Shown piece after piece: positions 58,828-64,000 of a stretch of 64,000 nucleotides of DNA. Under the pieces are notes generated by a model that had not been told where the DNA came from, made no database searches, and saw only the letters and a program-made list of their open reading frames with translations. Each line of letters opens with the position of its first letter. Positions within the stretch are counted from its first letter, which is position 1. The stretch comes from Minisyncoccota bacterium (GTDB taxonomy: Bacteria; Patescibacteriota; Minisyncoccia; Phycocordibacterales; UBA2100): contig DATJXE010000004.1 in NCBI GenBank assembly GCA_035500505.1, positions 126,977 to 190,976 of the forward strand, in the 5' to 3' direction. The translations under genes were made by a program, and so were the position numbers.

Positions 58828-59184
58828 TTAGGGACAGATCCCCTGGACACAAACGCCGTACACGCGACGCCAGTAATTCCGAATGATACGGGTGCCGTAG
58901 CCGACGATGCCGTGATGATGCTGGATCATGCCGGCGCCGTAATACGATTGGCCGCCGTAGTAACCACGCTGAGCCGGACCACGGTATCCCCCGCCGCAGT
59001 ATGACGGCATGGGCCACCGGCCTTTGTTGGTGACAGCGAAGGTCCGACAGAGTTCCGCAGCTTGGGAACTGCCTGGAATTACGCCGGCAATACACGTGTC
59101 GTCGTTGCAATATGCCGAAGCCGGAGCAGAGAACGAGAGCGCGATGAAAGTGACGAGAGCGAGAGTGCATGCGAATTTCCGCAT
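58828..59184 (-). CDS. Small secreted Cys/Gly/Tyr-rich protein
   Basis: Signal peptide ending ASA, 6 Cys in the mature part, GAGG SD; TTGACG-17-TATAAT promoter (59246-59274). Confidence 0.7.
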   Translation of the reverse strand: MRKFACTLALVTFIALSFSAPASAYCNDDTCIAGVIPGSSQAAELCRTFAVTNKGRWPMPSYCGGGYRGPAQRGYYGGQSYYGAGMIQHHHGIVGYGTRIIRNYWRRVYGVCVQGICP

Positions 59185-59279
59185 CGGTAGTTCCTCGTGT
59201 CTTGCCACGGTTCCCGGGATGGGAGCCGTTGCTTAGGCTGCCGAGATTATACCTTTACATCTTGCACTCGTCAAGTGCT

Positions 59280-59816
59280 TTAGTACTTCCCTATCTTCAC
59301 GGGTGTGCCGATATCGACGGGAACGCCGATGGTGGTCGCGTAGGCGATGGTCACGGGTTGCGCGATGGTGGTTGGATAGCCGATGGAAACCGGTTGGGCG
59401 ATCTGCACAGGCTGCGCGATGGTGACGGGTTGCGCGATCTGTTTTGCGACCGCGATCTGCTTTCCGACGCCAATCTGTTTCGGTTGGCCGATGGTGACCG
59501 GCTGCGCTATCTGTTTGGGTTGCGCGATGGTCTTCGGCTGCGCGATCTGCTTAGGGACCCCGATCTGGGTCGGCTCTGCAATGGGGACGGCGTAGCCGAG
59601 AGGTACCGCCGTTGCGATGGGGGTCGCTTCGGCGATAGGAGCGGCGTAGGCGATCGGAGATGCATAGGCGATGGGCGAAGCTTCCGCGATCGGGGAGGCG
59701 AAAGCGATCGGGACAGCGTTCGCGATGGAGCAGCCGCAATCTTGCGCGTACGTGAGTGAGGCGCTCGCGGCGACGGCGATGATGAGTCCAGCGGTTATTT
59801 TTGTTTTCATGTGCAT
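59280..59816 (-). CDS. Secreted hexapeptide-repeat protein
   Basis: Signal peptide, CGC, then over 20 I(A/G)xxxx units (IAYASP, IAQPVT); 2 nt after sortase stop. Confidence 0.85.
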   Translation of the reverse strand: MHMKTKITAGLIIAVAASASLTYAQDCGCSIANAVPIAFASPIAEASPIAYASPIAYAAPIAEATPIATAVPLGYAVPIAEPTQIGVPKQIAQPKTIAQPKQIAQPVTIGQPKQIGVGKQIAVAKQIAQPVTIAQPVQIAQPVSIGYPTTIAQPVTIAYATTIGVPVDIGTPVKIGKY

Positions 59817-59818
59817 AT

Positions 59819-60475
59819 TTATTTTGAAACGACGCCGACGAAGTGCGCCGTGAGGATGAAGCGCGCGCTGGTGCCGGTGAGCGTGTCGCAGGTCACGAGC
59901 GTGAGCTTCTGGCCTTGTGTCGGAGAGAGGTCGATGGAAGCCCCCGTTTGCGTGTCGGCTTTGACGACGGAGTCAACGCTGTAGAGATAGGCCTTGCCGT
60001 TCTGTCCATCGATCTCGATGGAAGCGCCCGGGTCAACATTGGGAATTTGGTTGAACGCCTGGAACATTTTGTTGGTGACGATGGGCAAGTGCGAGGAGTG
60101 CGCGAAGATGAGCACGTTGCCTTGCACACCGAGCTCTGCCGAGCTGACGTAGCGCGCGGGACCTTTGTTGAGGAGTGCGTCGAGCGCGTCGACGTCGGTC
60201 GTCGAAGGATTTTGTACCGGCAGGTCGATACCGACGGACGGGATCTTTATCTCGGCCGGAAGCGTACCTGCGGACGTGCTGTCGGAAACTGATGTGTCGC
60301 CGAGCTGAGGCAGAGATGAAAGCGCGACCGAGGGATCGTTGCATGTGTTGTCTATTTGGCACGGCACGAAGCCAACGGAGTCGGCCGCGCTCAACGTGAG
60401 CGCGAACATGACGACCGAGGTCGCAAGGAAAACAGCGGCCGGGGGCTTGGAATTTCGCGTAGATTCGGGGTTCAT
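59819..60475 (-). CDS. Sortase
   Basis: IKIPSVGIDLPV, GNVLIFAHS (His), LTLVTC (Cys), ARFIL (Arg), N-terminal anchor. Confidence 0.9.
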   Translation of the reverse strand: MNPESTRNSKPPAAVFLATSVVMFALTLSAADSVGFVPCQIDNTCNDPSVALSSLPQLGDTSVSDSTSAGTLPAEIKIPSVGIDLPVQNPSTTDVDALDALLNKGPARYVSSAELGVQGNVLIFAHSSHLPIVTNKMFQAFNQIPNVDPGASIEIDGQNGKAYLYSVDSVVKADTQTGASIDLSPTQGQKLTLVTCDTLTGTSARFILTAHFVGVVSK

Positions 60476-60563
60476 ACGATGGCAGAATAATACATGATTA
60501 TATGCATTATGTCAATAGCATGGCTTGACAACTGGCGGTATGCGTGAGAGGATTCTGGCCACT

Positions 60564-61556
60564 ATGGCGGAGGTAGAAGTATCCAAGACAACGACCACCG
60601 AAACGCGCAACGAAGGCCGCACGTCCAGTCTCTTGACCGACATCCTCACTATCGTCGGTTTTGCCATCCTTTTCATCATCATCATTTGGGGCTTCGTGCA
60701 TCTCGTCTCGCTTATCTACACTTCCCTCTCTTCGAAGTTCTCCAATACGGCGCCTTCGATAGAGGTCACTGCGCCCGCGCAAGCAACATCGGGGCAGCCG
60801 ATGACCATCTCGTGGACCTATTCGCCGAGCGTGCAGGGCAGCTACGCATTTTTGTACCAATGCGAGAACGGTCTCTCGTTCGACACGAAAGGTGCGACCT
60901 CCAGCGTCGCCGTTCCCTGCGGCGAAGCGTATACGGTTGGCAACGTGAATAATTCCCTCACGCTCACGCCTCTGCTTTCGAGCGCTTCCACCGCGACCGA
61001 CACTGTTTCCATCGTCTTTATTCCGAGCGGGACCGGTTCACAGGCACAGGGCGACGCGACCGTCGCGATCAGCGCGGCAGCCAAATCTGCTCCCGCAAAA
61101 ACGACCCCGGCGAAAACGACTTCCTCGGCGACCTACACGGCTCCGCAATATTCCGGACCCACGGACCTCTCCGTGCGCATCATCTCCGGCAACGTGGACG
61201 CGAGCGGTGCGGGTGTCGTTACGTTCGACATTGCCAACATCGGCGGCTCCGCTTCTGGCAGCTACTACTTCACGGCCCAGCTGCCGACCGCGCAGCCCTA
61301 CCCTTACCAATCGCCGCTCCAAGCCTCGCTTGAACCGGGCGGGCACGTGACGAGCACGCTTCGCTTCACCAGCGTACAATCCGGCGGCGGCACGTTCTCC
61401 GTCAGTATCCAAACGAACGACGCCAACAACGCCGACAACTACGCCTCGATGCAGCTCACCGCGCCGTACAACTACAACAACTATAATTACAACTACAGCT
61501 ACCCGTACAACTACCAATCTTCGCCGTACATCGTGTACCCGACGTATACGTACTAA
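60564..61556 (+). CDS. Membrane-anchored surface protein with Ig/CARDB-like domains and Y/N-rich tail
   Basis: N-terminal TM; TDLSV..FDIANIG..SLEPG..DANNADN. Confidence 0.8.
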   Translation: MAEVEVSKTTTTETRNEGRTSSLLTDILTIVGFAILFIIIIWGFVHLVSLIYTSLSSKFSNTAPSIEVTAPAQATSGQPMTISWTYSPSVQGSYAFLYQCENGLSFDTKGATSSVAVPCGEAYTVGNVNNSLTLTPLLSSASTATDTVSIVFIPSGTGSQAQGDATVAISAAAKSAPAKTTPAKTTSSATYTAPQYSGPTDLSVRIISGNVDASGAGVVTFDIANIGGSASGSYYFTAQLPTAQPYPYQSPLQASLEPGGHVTSTLRFTSVQSGGGTFSVSIQTNDANNADNYASMQLTAPYNYNNYNYNYSYPYNYQSSPYIVYPTYTY

Positions 61557-61572
61557 TAAAATTAAAATGAGA

Positions 61573-61596
61573 AAGGGCGGCCGGAGGCCGCCCCTT
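61573..61596. terminator. Hairpin between convergent genes
   Basis: gggcggcc-gga-ggccgccc. Confidence 0.65.
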
Positions 61597-61618
61597 AAGC
61601 GTAGCAGAGATGGTCCGG

Positions 61619-62146
61619 TTACGATAACTTCAGGCCGCGGATGAACATCCGGATATTATCCGAGTAGATCCATCCGAAATAGCACGCGGTTCCCACGATC
61701 AGCGCCAGGATGGCATCGTCGATGCGATCGAACGATGTCGAACCCATGAGCACCGCGGAGAGTATCGCCGGTCTCACGACCCACAGTCGCTCCGTCACCG
61801 TGAGAAATTTATCGATGATGAACGTGAGCAACATGACGAGCATGGCACCGACAAGAGCGCATGGCGTCATTATGGCTTTCGGAAGGTTCGCGGTAGCGAG
61901 AACCAGCATTACATAGCCACAGTAGCTTATCGTTATGAAAGTAACTGCAGTGATGTCGTCGATTTCGCGAAATCGATGATAAACCTCATTGTAGATCGCC
62001 GATGCGACAAGACAGAGACAGACGGCGAACGTTACGGCTACGCCTGCCGCTTGATGATCCGGAAGCCAAACAAGCGCTGTGAAGTAACTGGCCACTACAG
62101 CCAACATGGCTGCCAACGGAAGTGTGACATTCAGGGTTTGACGCAT
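61619..62146 (-). CDS. Hypothetical 6-TM membrane protein
   Basis: GGAG SD; multiple TM segments. Confidence 0.7.
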   Translation of the reverse strand: MRQTLNVTLPLAAMLAVVASYFTALVWLPDHQAAGVAVTFAVCLCLVASAIYNEVYHRFREIDDITAVTFITISYCGYVMLVLATANLPKAIMTPCALVGAMLVMLLTFIIDKFLTVTERLWVVRPAILSAVLMGSTSFDRIDDAILALIVGTACYFGWIYSDNIRMFIRGLKLS

Positions 62147-62208
62147 GACCCGCTCCAGGTTCCAGCCGCAGCAGATGCGGCACCAATTGCAACTATATCC
62201 CGCAAGTA

Positions 62209-64000
62209 CTAAATGTCGAGGTTCGCCTCCTTGGCGTGCGATTGGATGAAGGATTTGCGTGCGGGGACGTCGGTGCCCATGAGCATGTCGAATATCTGGT
62301 CGGCTTCCTGCGCGTCTTCAATGGCGACTTGTTTCAAGATTCGGCGAGCCGGATCCATCGTCGTTTCCCAGAGCTCCTCGGAGTTCATCTCTCCAAGACC
62401 TTTGTACCGTTGCACCGATATTTTCGGAACCCGTTTGACCTTTTCCGGAGCTTCCTCTTCTTCAGCTGTTTCCTCCGCCTCCGCCTCGCTCTCGGTCTCT
62501 ATCGGGATATCTTTGCCGACCAATTTAATGCGTTCCTCATCGCTGTACGCATAGGCAATCTCCTTCCCCTTGCGCACTTTGAAAAGCGGCGGTTGCGCGA
62601 TGTAGAGGAACCCGCCGTCGATGACCGGGCGGAAGTGTCGGTAGAAAAGCGTGAGAAGAAGCGTGCGGATGTGCGCGCCGTCCACGTCGGCATCGGTCGC
62701 GATGATTATCTTGTGGTAACGCAACTTGCCGATGTCGAAAATGTCGCCTATGGCGGTGCCGAGCGCAACGACCAAGTTCTTTATCTGTTCGCTCGCAAGC
62801 ATCTTGTCGAGGCGCGCGCGTTCGATGTTGAGGATCTTGCCGCGAAGCGGGAGCACTGCCTGGGTGCGTCGGTCGCGTCCGGTCTTGGCCGTGCCACCGG
62901 CGGAGTCTCCCTCGACGATGAAAAGCTCGCTCTCGCTCGCGTCCTTGCTCTGGCAGTCGGCGAGCTTACCCGGCAGCGACAAGCCATCAAGTGCCCCCTT
63001 GCGCAAAATCGAGTCTTTCGCGGCCTTGGCGGCTTTGCGCGCCTTCATCGCGAGCGTCACTTTGCCGATGATGGAACGCGCCTCGTCGGGATGTTCCTCA
63101 AGGAACGCCGCGAACGCCTCGCCGAAGACGCTTTCGGTCGCGCCGCGCGCTTCCACGCTGCCCAACTTCCCTTTTGTCTGCCCTTCGAACTGCACTTCGC
63201 GCATCTTCACGGACACGACCGCGGTGAGGCCTTCGAGCACGTCGTCGCCGGTGAAGCTGTCGCCTTTGTTGACGACATTGAGCGTGCGCGTGAGCGCGGT
63301 CTTGAAGCCGGTTATGTGCATGCCGCCTTCGGCGTTGTAAATGTTGTTGGCGAATGCGGAGATGCGCGAGGTGATGTCGTCCACGTATTGGAGCGCGACT
63401 TCGACCTCGACGCCGTCTACTTCCTTATCAACGTAGAATACCGTCTTGTGGATGGGTTCGAGGTGGCGGTTCTGGAACGACACGAGCGAGCGCAGGCCGC
63501 CTTCGAAATAGAACGTGATGGACGGTGCATCCAGTCCGAGTTCGCGCATGTAGAAGATCCCGACATCGTCGACATCTTTCACCCCGCGCAGATCGAGAAT
63601 GGAAATACGCAGGTCCTTCACCAAGTATGCCTGCTGGCGCAGGTGCGAAACGATAGTGTCCCAGTTGAATTCCCTATCCGGGAAAATGCTCGAGTCGGGT
63701 GTGAATGAAATAATGGTGCCGGTTTTGTCCGACGACGCTATTTTCTTGGTCTTCCCGACGGGCTTGCCGCCATTTTTGTATGACTGCTCGTACTTGCCTC
63801 CCTCGCGATGCACTTCGGCACGCACACTGCTCGAGAGCGCGTTGACGACGGACACGCCGACGCCGTGCAAACCGCCGGACACTTTGTACCCGTCACCGCC
63901 AAATTTGCCGCCAGCGTGCAGCATCGTCATGACCGTCTCGAGCGTCGAGACTTTCGTTTTCGGGTGTATCTCGACGGGAATACCGCGGCCGTTGTCGGCA
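62209..64000 (-). CDS. gyrB: DNA gyrase subunit B (5' end beyond window edge)
   Basis: DNGRGIP, LHAGGKF, SGGLHGVG, PGKLADC, VEGDSAGG, PLRGKILN, DADVDG, RYKGLGEMN. Confidence 0.98.
   Translation of the reverse strand, partial: ADNGRGIPVEIHPKTKVSTLETVMTMLHAGGKFGGDGYKVSGGLHGVGVSVVNALSSSVRAEVHREGGKYEQSYKNGGKPVGKTKKIASSDKTGTIISFTPDSSIFPDREFNWDTIVSHLRQQAYLVKDLRISILDLRGVKDVDDVGIFYMRELGLDAPSITFYFEGGLRSLVSFQNRHLEPIHKTVFYVDKEVDGVEVEVALQYVDDITSRISAFANNIYNAEGGMHITGFKTALTRTLNVVNKGDSFTGDDVLEGLTAVVSVKMREVQFEGQTKGKLGSVEARGATESVFGEAFAAFLEEHPDEARSIIGKVTLAMKARKAAKAAKDSILRKGALDGLSLPGKLADCQSKDASESELFIVEGDSAGGTAKTGRDRRTQAVLPLRGKILNIERARLDKMLASEQIKNLVVALGTAIGDIFDIGKLRYHKIIIATDADVDGAHIRTLLLTLFYRHFRPVIDGGFLYIAQPPLFKVRKGKEIAYAYSDEERIKLVGKDIPIETESEAEAEETAEEEEAPEKVKRVPKISVQRYKGLGEMNSEELWETTMDPARRILKQVAIEDAQEADQIFDMLMGTDVPARKSFIQSHAKEANLDI

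Noticed and set aside
783-64000. gyrA and gyrB separated by ~59 kb; possible parC/parE
   Set aside because: Separation is common in bacteria, and the GyrA-box supports gyrase.
1-64000. Alternative genetic code (UGA recoding)
   Set aside because: Core genes are full length under code 11 and several end in TGA.

Overview
Chromosomal segment of a reduced-genome bacterium, most likely Patescibacteria/CPR (Parcubacteria-like; inferred from short ThrRS, ValRS and SMC, a NusB-NUDIX fusion, a sortase and no rimM in the rpsP-trmD block). It uses the standard code. Core genes include gyrA, gyrB (partial), rpoB, rpoC, rpoD, dnaG, dnaE, smc, rnc, rnhB, valS, thrS, miaA, tsaC, tsaD, trmD, rpsA, rpsP, rpmF and five tRNAs, interleaved with many ORFans. 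Main observations: (1) a 24.3-27.7 kb array of small, mostly membrane ORFs separated by a repeated CGGCCG-hairpin/-35/-10/SD module; (2) core genes look leaderless while ORFans carry -35 boxes and SD sites; (3) three tRNAs end 1-5 nt before a start codon; (4) a sortase with a hexapeptide-repeat partner and an IPYTG-bearing candidate substrate; (5) a 30-bp inverted repeat at 9.0 kb and short palindromes inside rpoB and trmD. No integrase, transposase or CRISPR array was seen. All calls come from reading motifs by eye; no searches were run.
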